A stretch of DNA of 60,495 nucleotides, the filler included, from Sphacelaria rigidula (Eukaryota), in NCBI GenBank assembly GCA_964200075.2. It is 6 parts of 6 records of this genome, joined end to end, with 100 filler letters (N's around TTAATTAATTAA, not from the genome) between each part and the next. Parts side by side here need not be neighbours in the genome. Positions count along the whole stretch, not along the records: positions 1 to 10,003 come from CAXNAA020007337.1; positions 10,104 to 20,104 come from CAXNAA020007338.1; 4 more parts are not named here. One strand, given 5' to 3'. The notes under the pieces were generated by a model. It had not been told where the DNA came from. It made no database searches and saw nothing but the letters and a program-made list of their open reading frames with translations. A program made the position numbers and the translations under genes. Position 1 is the stretch's first letter. Every line of letters starts with the position of its first letter. Of this stretch, positions 1 to 12,707 are shown piece by piece.

Positions 1-3000
1 GTGGGGGGGGTGGGGGGGGGGGGGGGGGGGGGGGGGGGGCGAGTATTCATCGTCCGGAGCCATTATTGATCGGGTGGTCGGTATACAACGTATGCTGATA
101 CGGTACTGTTGTTACCGAAATGGTACCCACAACATCCGGCATATGTTATCCTGGGATGTAAAATGAGGGAATGATATTCAACGCGCAGACGTATCAATGC
201 TGTCATGTGCAGTGACGAGGGGCGTTGCGACTCGGATTCACGAGGAAATCTTTCAGATCGTTGCGCAAGAACGGTAACCACGAGTTTTCGCTGCTATACA
301 GAAAAGTTCGAGCTTGCGCTGTTCCAACGGTAAAAAACAACCTGCATGCGAGCGTACGTGTGCTTCAAAATAATCATCATTGCGAATTTTTCCTTGGTCT
401 TCCTGTCAACCTCTCCCCTTCCTCAGGACGAATGCGCAACCTCCGCGAATCAACTCAATTCCCCCTGGTACACGCGCTACATTTGGGCATCGCCGATGGG
501 ATCAACACTTCCACACCCGCGTCTGCTCTCGTCAATTCAACTTCGATTGCTTGTCACATCCTCACGGTAAAAACGACGAAAATCATGTATATCTCAGCAA
601 AAACCCCACACGCATCATTTAAGGAAAACAAAAACAAAATCTTTCTTTATGCCAGGCTTCAGTCAAAGCAGTGACACCGCAGGGGCGTAGCGGCACCGTA
701 AATCCCTCGTTCAATACTGCTGCTATGTGGTGGCCCACTTGTACCAGCTTCTAGTGCACCGCCCATTCAGCTTCAACCAAACTCCCAAAAAGCTATCTCA
801 TCACGAAAGCACAGAACGTTCCGCGAGCCTCAAAAATGGTGAGGGGACTAAAAACGGCACCATATGTTTGGGGGAATAGCGAAAAAACATTTTAAAAAAA
901 GGAGTAAAGCGTACACAGGCGGGGAAGCGGGGGAAAATTCACATCTCGCGGCTTTATTCGCCGCCCACGGATGGATCTAGTGACTGCTTACCATCAAACA
1001 TCTAGTGGTCGAGCGACAAAAAACGGAGAAAAGATGCCGCAGTCACCGCCAACATATTCTTGGCATGAGATAGCTCGACCAGGACGAAGATTAAGCGCCA
1101 CGCGAAACTCTACCCCGTAGGCTGCGGAGTACCATCAGCCGGGGCGATAAAATTCCCAAACCTCGTTTCTCTACAGGACGACAAATTGCCGGAACAATTC
1201 CCTTCTCCATCGAAAGGTCTCGACGGGATAGTTCGTCCAAAGACACAATTTTCGGCGACGTGGTTGCCGCAATTTTTAATAAAACTCGAGGCTGTTTTTT
1301 TTTCCGAATCGTCGTACGTGATATATAATCCCCACATAGGACAAAACGGAGCAGAATACAGCGGATCACATCAGATGAGGTCAGGCTGAATACACCGAGC
1401 TTAATGTCGATTTGTAGAACATGTTCTGGTACGGTCTGTGTTACGACGTCAATATACCCCGGCACCAGTAACCTTCCGAGATCCTCTGTTTGGCTTGCCA
1501 GAAACACTACATGTGTGCGCTACGGAGTGTAACAGCTGTGATGGGAGAATGACCACCCGTGCCATGTGACGTACGTCAGCAAAACGCCGAAAACTCAATG
1601 TTGCAGACTTTTCCATGTCGTAGGTGCGATATATAATATCAACCCAGTGTATCGAGCGAACAGCCGTTCATCGATCGATGCCAACCCGCTTAGACGGGAA
1701 GGAAATCCTCGATGAAATGTATCGTCAGCTAAATCGAAAAAGGTAGTACGACCTCCCACAAACGAACGGTCGAGGCAACTTGGCCCAGATTTTGAACGAA
1801 TGTCTTCAAGACGCAATGATTATGTCGGCTTGACGCGCTGTTGGCGACATAAATTGCTTCGCTACAATTGTCGCACATCTGCAAAAAAAAAAGAGTAGGC
1901 GGACTATCCCAAGCTGAACAAAGTAGAGGACGCCTACCGAATGAAAAAAGCGCATAATGTCGAGGTACCTTGAAGAGGCATACTGAGAGAAAAAACACCA
2001 ACTTACTGCCTCCAGAAGGTTCCGTATCCCACGAATACTTTATCGCCCCGTCTACTGCGAGCATAAAACGAACAAACAGACAGAAAAATAGAAAAAGCAA
2101 AAGTCCGGAAAGGATTTTCCGACACCTTGGAAGATATCACTGGTAGTACTCCCCTTGGTTTTTCGGTCCAGAGTCAAACTACGCTCGCCGAAATCGCCGA
2201 GGAATGTCAGAACCGTCGTGCACGGTAGCGCCCGTCATTTCGACGTGGTATGCAATTCAGCTGATGGTTTCACCATGCGACAAACGTTGCCGGAGGGCCA
2301 ATTAGGAATGCCTTGGATCCGCTCCTCGCCCCCCCTCCCCTCCCCTCCCTCCATCCCTTCCAAAATTACATTCCAACAATGAGTGTCGCGGACAACAAAC
2401 GGTACCGCGGCTCTTGGTCAAGGGCGGTTCTTCTATCATTTTTCATGTGCGTTGAACAATTTTATTTGAAATTTCTTCCCCGGAAATGTCACCCCTCCCA
2501 AAAAAAAAAGCCGAGGAAGTGATGTCGACTTGCCTCCTTTCGAGTCTCGTACCACTCTAGCGTCAAGTCGGTACACAGCTGAGTCCGGGGATGCGGAAAC
2601 TGACACGTCCACGGCTTCATGCAATTGGTGAAATGGATGCTCCTGTTTTTGTGCGAGGTTCACACGCAACGATGCACGTGCGCATAGGAGCGGAGGCGAG
2701 AAACAAGGACAAAATAGACAGCCGCACAGACAGAAGGAGACAGAAAAACGGACGATGGTCAGACGGGTAGGCGTACGAACAGAAGTACAAACGGACAAAC
2801 ACACATACTCATGGGTGGAAAGACAGGTGGACAGCCATCCACGGAGAGAGACAGAATAGACACACGCACAAAGATAGGCAGACAGATGCGTACAGACACA
2901 AGAGAGGTAAACACAGTCACACGCACACGTAGCGAGCAGAGCGCGACACACACGAGAAACCGAGACATACAGATACACATGGAGACAGACAGCGACAGAA

Positions 3001-3004
3001 ATGG

Positions 3005-3041
<37 letters not shown>

Positions 3042-3092
3042 TAGAGATATAGAGATCGATTGATATATGGAGAAAGAGAGAGAGAGAGAGAG
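3005..3092. repeat. (GATA)n and (GA)n microsatellites after a purine-rich ACAG/AGAC low-complexity tract
   Basis: Read directly from the sequence. Confidence 0.9.
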
Positions 3093-4670
3093 CAAGTGTT
3101 ACCGTCTGGTACGGAGTGTTATCATGGGGGGTGCCGAGATCCCAACTTTCGCCTTCCACAACAAGACCCCGTACTTTTGCCGTAAGATCCCGCTCACAGA
3201 GAATATATCGACGAAATATTTCCAGGAAAACGCAAAATTTCGGCAGTGTGCCCCCAGAGTTTACGAGATAAGCGCCGTCGGCTTTCTCAACGCCCCCTCT
3301 GTTACTAGTTTTCGTAACCCACCATTAATTTATCAATCGATTTCGGGCATCAGCGCAACGAAACACCACAGCTCCCTACATTACACCATCTTTCGGTACA
3401 AGTACCTTACAACGACGACAAATGGGGTAACGTGTTTTTTTGTCTCACTTCCAACTCCTTCCCTTCCTCGGGACGAGCCCGTGCTCCCAAGGGATCATGA
3501 TCAACCCATCTCTCCACCGGTACGCGCCTTACTTACATTCTGGGATTGCGGACTGGATCGTGTCTATTATTGTCAGCCCTTCCGCACCGCGTCGACTGTC
3601 CTCTGACATATTCAGCCACAACACACTCCGACTTGCTACTCACGTTTTCAAGCTTTCAGCGACGGAAAATCAAATGCTTGTGAAAAACAAGTCAAGCAGA
3701 AGCAATCGGGCGAGAATCGAACACACACGTTTTTCGCCCCAACGGTATCAGTTGACCGTTTGACCACCGACCGGGTCACGACATCCATGATATCATTCAA
3801 AGAAAAAAAGACATCGACCCCGTCACACAATTGGAAACAACAACATCGAGCTTGTGAACTCACACAGGTTTTTCAATCCAAGGCATGCGAAAACAAACAT
3901 TAATCCTAATGTATTCAAGAGCGAGGAGTGGCGCATATTGATTCACCGTTCCCCCAGAGGAAGTCAAAAGGGCCTATACAGTACGCAGCCGGCGGGCCCT
4001 GGGAGTCAAACTAGCGCACTAACGATCAGTTCGGGCGGACTCCGTGACTTCGAACCCCAACAAATATCACCATCACTAATGATTCGTTTGTTGGGAACCT
4101 TCTTCCTTCGTCAGAAACTTGAGTAAGCGAGCAGCTGATGAAACACACGGTCATAGTCGACGGGCTGCGGAAGTGCTGATGGTCATGATCCAATGTTCGA
4201 CAAAAGAAGTCACAAGCAGGTACCGGAGAAGAGCAGGTCCCAGTTGCTCCTAGCTTTGCCCAGAACGCAAATTTGTTCACATGAGCACCGCCGGCGCCGA
4301 CTCGAGGTCTGCCAACGCACACTTGCCTAGGGTACCCATTACATCCCCTTTTTTCGACGGTGCTCGTCTGCTTTGGGTTAGGGATCAGGGTTAGGGTTTA
4401 TTTGATTTAAAAATAGTATATTTCCGAGAACATTATTTCAACCATTTCTACGACAAAAGGCGTAAGCTCGACTCCTCTTTCGCACTCTACAAGGGTATGA
4501 TTTGACACCAATACCTGGGGTACCTATTTCATGGAAAGCATGACCTTGTCGCAGAGAACAGCGCACCTTTCATATACGGCACGGCCACACGCACCGCGTA
4601 ACTCTTTCATCTGACGCACCATCAACTATAGCGTAAATTTTCTTTTACCTTGGTAATTTGATAATAGACC

Positions 4671-5888
4671 TACGAGACGAGCTGGGCCGGCCTGGACACG
4701 GATATAAGCTCTCAAAGCAATATCTCATCGACACAGACGAGTTGGGCCGCGATCGACATATCGTATCGATCGTCTAATTATGGGAAAGGTGTCTATGTGC
4801 TCAAAAGTCGAGGCCAATTTTTCTCGTTGATTAAATCTCATGTCTAGTAATTCCTATACCGTACGGAGATGGCGTTCATATTAAAGTCTATAAAAATCCC
4901 AAACGATATATACAGCGGATGACGACGATTTTTGGTGTGGACATTCCCTGGAGCAGGGGGAGACGATCGATACCTCCGCTTTTGCCTAACTCGTCATCTG
5001 TTTCGAGATATGGCGCACAAAAGGTGATATACTGAAATCAATGTATTTCGAGCAGAGGCACTTGATGCACTAAACGTGGATATTGCGTCTCAGTTTTGAG
5101 AGTTGTGCTTTGAACTTTCGTATGGAGAACCGCTAGTATGTATTGAAAAAAAGACATCGTTCGTGTCTTTTTCCATTCATTTTTTTTTAGGAAAGTTTTA
5201 AGGCAAAATGGACTATGCTCTCGGATCGAATCTCAGTTTCTCAGCTATATTTCAAGAACTGAGATTTGAAACTCATCATGGAGAATTCTAAAGGTGTGCC
5301 AAAGAAAAAGACAATGAGTCCTTCATTTTATTTTTATTTTTTGGAGAGGTACGGGCCTTCTCGTGAAAATATGGCATTTACTATGCTAAAGCGTTACAAG
5401 AAAGTGAAATATGAACATATATATACTTGAAGTATATCAATATTTCCCACTTTTTTCGGTTGGTTATGGCCTAGCGAGGTCCCACACAAAGATTCAAAAC
5501 AAACTACCAAACCTGGGCCGGTAAACGGTCTGGAAAATATTGTTCTGAATTTTACCAGCCAGGTTTCTTACTCGCACTGTCTCACCTCGATTTCGCGAGT
5601 TACACTCCGAAATTTGGAATGGAGGAAGAATAGAGCATGCTTAAACGCTGTCGCTCGGGACGAGCATCTTTTTATTTTGTGACTTGACGGTATTCTCCTG
5701 ATATCTAGATACTGATTATTTCCACTAACTCACGAAAACAAAATCTGCTCAACCCGAGCAACAGCGTTTGAGCTCATGCCCTTTTCTTCCTCTGTACCAA
5801 ACTTCGAAGTCTAACTCGCAAAATTGAAGTGAGACGGGGTCTGCAAACCACAAATTCGCGCCTTGGCCGGCCCAGCCCGTATCTCATG
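4671..5888. mobile_element. Non-autonomous TIR element (~1.2 kb) with an internal inverted repeat
   Basis: Left end gagacgagctgggccggcc matches right end ggccggcccagcccgtatctc in reverse complement. The interior is AT-rich and ORF-free, with inverted arms at about 5577-5675 and 5738-5836. Confidence 0.6.
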
Positions 5889-7023
5889 CAACGCACCGCC
5901 ACAACCAACACCGTGTATATGTGCGTCGCTGACTGTGGCACCTTTCAAGGTAACGCATTGACCGTAGCTCGTTTACTTCTACATACCCTACTTTATACAG
6001 TGTACGGAGCGACAGTACGGTGAATCTCCGTTCGCGATCAAAAGAACGATACCTCTTTCCGGAATGCAGCCGCTACAAACCGCTGCTGGTTCCTCAAGAG
6101 CGTACCACAAAAACCTGACGCACGCCTCAATGTAGTCTCGGCGAGGGGACTCCCGGGGATGTTGTGCTCGCCGGCTAAGTCAAATTGTCGAACGTTTGCA
6201 AGGTGTTCGGTAGGGTATTTGCTACATTTGGGTATTTTGAAAGATCGTATTCCCACGTAACCAAAGCTTGGGTAGAGTATTGACATGTACTCAACAATAG
6301 CCATATATGTGTATATACATATATATGTACATGTATCATTTCGCATTTTTCATCACTTTTGCCGAGTTTTCTCTGGCTGAAAGGCATTTCAGCCTGCGCT
6401 TTGTTTTGCAGTGCACGAGGGAGGGTCAGCGGTACATTACAGTTCAGGTTTGGGTGTCATCTGATACCTGTGGCGCGTATTTTGGCCGACCAAAGCCGCC
6501 CACACTGGCTCTATTTCGCGGGGTGTCGATCCCGAACCACAAAAGCCTCCTCGAGATCGTGAAAAACTCTCGACAAGAACCCGAACCAAAGCAGCGTGTT
6601 CATGGCGGGGCATTCTTCATAATGAACACAAGTCCGAACATGTGAAATTCCTTCCTCTTCAGTTTTGACATAAAGCGTCTAATACAGTCATATCTAGGTC
6701 ATGTGGGTCCCTGTTGTGCGAACTCAACAGTCCACAAAAGCATGTTTAAGAACATTAGTGAGAATAAGTTGAAAGAGGATATCGGTGTTCATCCTTCGAC
6801 CGCGAGGGCAGGTCGCCTGCTGAATCGGCATCAATATTCACTTGAAAAGAGCATGCGTGATTGAGATGGAGTACCGGCGCCGCGGTCCAAGGGTTAAAAC
6901 GTACCCTCATGCGAACCGAACAGCCTTTTTTTATTGTTCCACGTTGAGGCCTCACGGGTCCTGTCAATTGGAAACTTATGGCCATGAGGAAAGTTCCTCG
7001 GGTGTCGGCTAGGTTATATTGTT

Positions 7024-7309
7024 GTGTTTGTAGCGTGCCATTTATTCTGGGCGCCAGTCTATACCTTTCGGTATATGCACGCGCACCAGCCGTGGGAGGT
7101 GTTCACACAGGAGGAAGGTCAACACACAAGTTTTTTCTTTTTGATTTGTATTTAGTACTTCATCTTCCTTCTTGTGTACCCACGACATAGTCGCTCTCCA
7201 CTTTTGGGCATGGTGCGAGAAAAAAATCCAGACCGCTCCGAGATTTCAATCCCCGACTCAACCATCAGAAGGTGTCGGGGTTATTAACTGAGCGACTGGG
7301 GCGACCGGC
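7024..7309 (-). mobile_element. tRNA-derived SINE, same family, internally deleted
   Basis: Reverse complement begins gccggtcgccccagtcgctcagtt and shares accatgcccaaaagtggagagcgac and agactggcgcccagaataaatgg with the other copies. A further body fragment lies at about 7525-7586. Confidence 0.75.
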
Positions 7310-8470
7310 ACTGCAAATGGAGATTTTGAGAGCTCTGTGTACTTTGGCAGCCACAGTGTTTTCAAAAACTCATGCATGTAGCTGCTGTATTAGAGACAGT
7401 CCTGCATACAGGGCTACACCTACCGTGCAATGATATACAAAATAAAAACTTGAGTCTAGTGAAACAAATATCACTGTAAGCAGGTGAACTACAATGTCCC
7501 CTATTCGGAGCTGTATCTTTATACGGTGGTTGCCTTTTTATTTGTATCGTGACGGGGGATCAGCACTGCCTTTCCCTCGTCGACCGTCTGCGGAATATAT
7601 GGCTAGGGGTGGCTAGCTAGGCGACATCATCTAGCAACGCCACAGACTGTACTATTTCTTTTCGAAACAAGACCGTACAGTTCAGTAAGTCCGCAACCAT
7701 GGGGTTGGAGGGCTCGGGGGTTTCTACTATATCCATTTTCGAAACAAGATCGTGCAGTACAATAAGTCCGCAACCATGGGTTCAGAGAGCTCAGGGGTTT
7801 CTCCCCGAACACAAAAATAATTACATGCACGTGCACCTACGACCATCGCACCCGAGCGGAATATACGGTTAGGTAGCTATGATAGCTACCTAGGGGACAT
7901 TATTTGGCAACACCACAAACTCCACCTCGGTTGTACTACAGTATATCAGTGAAGTTTGTGAAACGGAACATGGTCACTCGTGTTCAGTACAGACAGTCTG
8001 TATTGCCTGCACGGCTTACAGGCAGGGTGTCTTGAGAGCGCGTGTGCGTGTTTCGTGCGGGAGGATATAAAGGAGAAGCGGGTAACGTGCAGTGCAGACA
8101 CCCAAGGACTATCAGTTCTCTGCTTACAACGCGACGTGAAAAGAACTTCAGCAACATGCAGCTTGGTACTGCCTGCACTGTCCATGAGCGTGCACGCAAC
8201 TCGATTGCCCACCGTACTACGCAGTTCCATTGCTGATCCCTACCATGAGAGAAGACGCGCAAGTTTTCGCCAAGAGAAAATAAACAAAGCACACCCGAAT
8301 ACTGCAGCAGTGTATCTATCCCTGTGCTTACCTAGTGCTCTGTGCTGCAGGGTTGTGGTGGTAGCTGAGAATAATAAGCTGGATGAAGTTTGCATGGTGC
8401 TGTGGACAGGTGTTATCTGGCGTGGTGGTTTTTACGACCACATGGTTTCGATCGAAGACGATTGTTTTAC

Positions 8471-8728
8471 ACACTTTGCATCACCCCACAGAGAGGAGCC
8501 TAGCCCACTTTTCAGATTCGCTTGGCTCCAAGGTTTCGAGAGTTGAAACAATAATCCGTGTGCAATAAAATCTATGGCAATCTCTACAGATTGTTGGGCA
8601 AACTGCCGTATGTTGGCAAGCACAGATGATTGCACACGACTTTTGCTCAGCGGTCAATCTCGAAACCTCGGAGCCAAGCGAATCTGACAAGTAGGCTAAG
8701 CTCCTCTTTGTGGGGTGATGCAAAGTGT
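8471..8728. mobile_element. MITE with ~75-bp terminal inverted repeats
   Basis: acactttgcatcaccccacagagaggagc...ggtttcgagagttga is mirrored by tcaatctcgaaacc...gctcctctttgtggggtgatgcaaagtgt. Confidence 0.8.
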
Positions 8729-10003
8729 CCGAGACGTGCGTTGGCGACTCTCCCTGTTCGAGGTCAAAAGTGGGTCAAACGTCCCAAAAGTGAACAACCC
8801 GTGGGCCACAAAACTGTTTGCCAAAAACATCCAGCCTTTATAATACTGTACTGTAGGGCCATTCTTCATGAAAAAAGGTGAAAAATCGGAGCGTAGCAGG
8901 ATCTGAGGTTTGTGGAACGGGTACGAATGTGAACATTCTACGCTAATTAATGTAAGGGAAATTGTGGAACGGTCGAACGGTTAATGCAAGCAAATAGGTC
9001 AGTCACGGAGATTGATTTTGTTTGTATCACATTGTATATTCACGATCGGGGTAAATAATACATCAATACCGTAGTCGGACCGGGAGGGACAGGCTTCGGG
9101 CATTGCGTATGGCACGATTTCAGAGGAAATTAGAAGAGGCGTGTAATAGGGAATGAGATGACAGAGGTGGACACATGCACAAATGCGCATTTTATACGGT
9201 CTGGCTTAGATTTACGTTGCGTCACATTTGATATAACAAATATTCCACATTCCTGAGGGGAGCAATTCTCTGGAAACTGATAAATTCCCAGACAGCGGGA
9301 TTTTTCCAAATCTCTCTGGCAAAAGTAATCGATTCCCAGAGACGTTTCTCTGTCTGGGAGTTGACGTTCCATCACACACTCTTCGCACATTGCACCCGCC
9401 ATGGTACAGTCAGTGCTCCATCACACACTCCTCGCCTACAAGTGTAGTACAGTCAGTGCAAAAGTAGCCGTACATGTTGTATGTACAGTACCGTGGCAAC
9501 AGCATAGCTGCTGCAGCACTCCGTGTATCCTCTTCATGACAGTGGGGCCAGGGACATAGAGTACAGGCCGTACAGTGCTTTTCCGCCGGCAGCGTTACCA
9601 CTCAAAAATAGCACGATGTCGCTCATGCTGGCTGTGTTGATTGTTCATATCGTGTCATGCTCATCATGCCCGCCAGCGATTGCGAACTCTGTAGTATGCT
9701 GTGTACTGAGACGGTTGCTACCGCACTTCTGACGGTCACGTGAGTTTGTCGTGTGCGGTATGGCACGAACCGTGTGCTGCACACACTGCACCACTTGCGA
9801 CACTACTACAGGCGGCGGTCGGCTGACGTAAGGGTTGATACACCTGTCATTTCGATCCTTTTTATACTTGTAGCTATTGTGCGTGTGTTTGTCTTACCAT
9901 CCCATCTATCCTGTACCTCGACGTAATTATTTAGGGCAATGGCCTAGAAAAGGTATACCTTCTCGTTTTTTGCCTAGGAAAGGTACGAAAAATGGCCAGA
10001 AAC

Positions 10004-10103
10004 NNNNNNNNNNNNNNNNNNNNNNNNNNNNNNNNNNNNNNNNNNNNTTAATTAATTAANNNNNNNNNNNNNNNNNNNNNNNNNNNNNNNNNNNNNNNNN
10101 NNN
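10004..10103. other. Artificial scaffold linker N44-TTAATTAATTAA-N44. Also at 20105-20204, 30205-30304, 40302-40401 and 50399-50498
   Basis: The same 100-nt spacer with an all-frame stop core occurs five times, separating segments of non-increasing length. Confidence 0.97.
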
Positions 10104-12707
10104 CACCGTCCTAAAAGGTATGCGTGTTTAATGCGTAAACCAACAAGGCAAACAACAAATGAGTACCCCCCCCCCCCCCCCCCAAGGCCCAAAATGTTTT
10201 CCGTAGTAGCTTGACACTGAAGCCCTTGATATCCCTGAGTAGGAAACGACATGTAGCTGTAAGCACACGCCAGTGATGAAGGCGAAGAAAGGCACACACG
10301 GAATGAAAAATTGGCCAAGTTACAGCGAATTATCGAAGCCACTCTCAATCAGCGCTCTACTCTCAATCTCACGAAAACGTTGTTTACAGTACATTGAGGT
10401 ATACAACAGCATCTCTTACCCCTATATTTTCGACTCGCGTCGCCCCCGAGAGGCCCGTACCAACCTCCCGAAGGGGAACCTCGTATTTGCATATGATTAC
10501 ATCTCCAACGACTACCTCTTCGGAATGTTCATCCTTTGATCGCCGGGATGTAATGAGTCACCCAGTAACATCTCAAAAGCGAACATGATAGCGATTCCAC
10601 AAATAATTACTGCAAAGCTCAGTCTTACTCAAAAGATATACTCTCAACCTGGCGAAAATGTTGAATGTTTTTGTGGCATGTCAATGGATGCGAGAAAATT
10701 TTGTTCAATGTTTCAAAAATTGGAAATAGCCGCCCCAGTCGGTACTACAGTAATCCACACGCATCATCACACGATATGCACACGATCGGATAGTCATCAT
10801 AACCTCGCGTATGCCCATGACTAAACCGGGCACAACTTCAAATGGGCATCCTGGAACCGGGCTGCAAAAATATGTGAATATCGCGTATGACCATCTCGGA
10901 AGCATCTGGTTCGGAAACATCGCAACCTAAATGCAGGTGGAAATGACACTACTCGTGTAATAATGCCAGTTATGTAATGGAAGGCCTCACGTGACGTGAG
11001 AGCCACGAGGCGCCATGTTCGTATACGAAGTATATTATGTAACGTTTATACGTAAAAACGTGTCCAACAGGCGGGCTGGGCACGACATCACGATAGCATC
11101 AAACAGGCAAACCTCGAAATGAGAACGAGAATTTCCCATGGAGACGAACTGACGACGAAATTGCATTATATTGAACCTAGTACCCGTCATGTTTTGATGG
11201 ATACCAGGTTCAATACCATATACGGCTTTAACCTCAGTTTGCCCCCACAAGAAAATGCCGTTTTTATTTTTCAGCATAAACGGTTATCGCCAGACGAGCG
11301 AAGACTTTGCACGACGTACAGTGTACGGTCGACGTCACCCAGAAACAGCCGTGAAATCGTGCACACTGTATCACCATTGTCTTTGATGGCATGAAAAATA
11401 AAATCTCACGGATGGCTCCTCAGTCTGTTCAATTCTCGACTATAGGAGATTCGATCTGCTTCGATCCACTCTCATCTTACATAATGTGGCCATCATCACT
11501 CACCAGCTCCCACGTGGAGTCACTCCCTGTTTCGTTGTTATTGCTTGATAATGTCATCAAAGCTTGTTTTTTTTCTCCTTCCTGATCTACTTATACCGTC
11601 GGTGCCAAAAAAAGCGCTACCCAGACAGACAGCTACAAACAGACTCATGCTCCCCTCTCTTGCTACCGTCACAACCACCCAAACAATCACCGCGCATAAT
11701 ACGGACGAAGGGGGCCTACAATGAAGTGAATAGTACGCGTTATTGTACCAACAATCGCTCATCAACCTTGTCATGGACCATCGCACTTCCTATCTGATTT
11801 GTTCGAGCGGGAGGACGAGAGAGCGAGAGCAAGAGGGAGGAAGGGGAGAGGGCAAACGCAGCATGCTGCAATCACCATATCTTTTACCCGTCACTTCTAC
11901 AATCATGATGGGGGGGGGGGGGGGGGGGGTGGGCGTTTTTACCACTGCTNNNNNNNNNNCGGCATGCCTCGAAACCCTTTTTTTTTTCCCCCCTATTTTT
12001 GAGAGGGGGGGGGGGGGGGGGGGGGGGAGTTCAGTTCATACACACGTAATGTTGTATCGTTTGTTACCATTGATTTCTCTACTTTTCCTTCGAACCACTG
12101 CCTGTTTTACCGCCTTTTCCCTCAAAAGATCCAAAACCACCTACAAGTTGACGCCAATTAAAATGTTTTACATTCTTGCGTCTTGCTTATTTCTCCGTAC
12201 GAATGCATGTACCAACCGACCTACCTTACTACCGTTCATGGCGTAGCGTTGCATTTCCCATCACAACCCACTGCGGGAGGGTGAAAAATCAAAGTCGACA
12301 CACACGAACGCAGCACACCACAACTTACCAACAACGGCGACAACAACAACGACAACACCTTGACGCCCTACGTACTGTATTTTTATTTTTCCTTCTTTCG
12401 CGTCAACAACAAAAACGAGGAACTGAGGACACGCACAGAAAAAGCCATCACCATCACCACCACTACCGCCACCATCATCAGATAAAGGCACACGGACCAA
12501 ACAACACACAGTTACTCTCACGTACTACTGAACGATCATGTCTACTCTTACACTTGCGACAAACAAAAAGCAAGAAACCAGCTTGCTCTCAGTTGCGTTC
12601 AGCACGAATGTGTCTACTGTGCTAAACCGCTGACTGTCTAGGCCACCGTCGCCGCCACCAGTCGGTATAAAGTAAAATCAGTCAATCGAGCGCCCGATGT
12701 GTCTTAC

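Noticed and set aside
380-2000. Exon-like degenerate blocks on the minus strand, including a GRPRK phrase
   Set aside because: There are multiple stops and no diagnostic transposase motif, so it is too weak to call.
2436-3095. 219-aa hydrophobic, Cys-rich ORF
   Set aside because: It derives from GATA/GA/ACAG low-complexity sequence.
10048-10059. TTAATTAATTAA as a recurring biological motif
   Set aside because: It always lies inside N runs and is an assembly linker.
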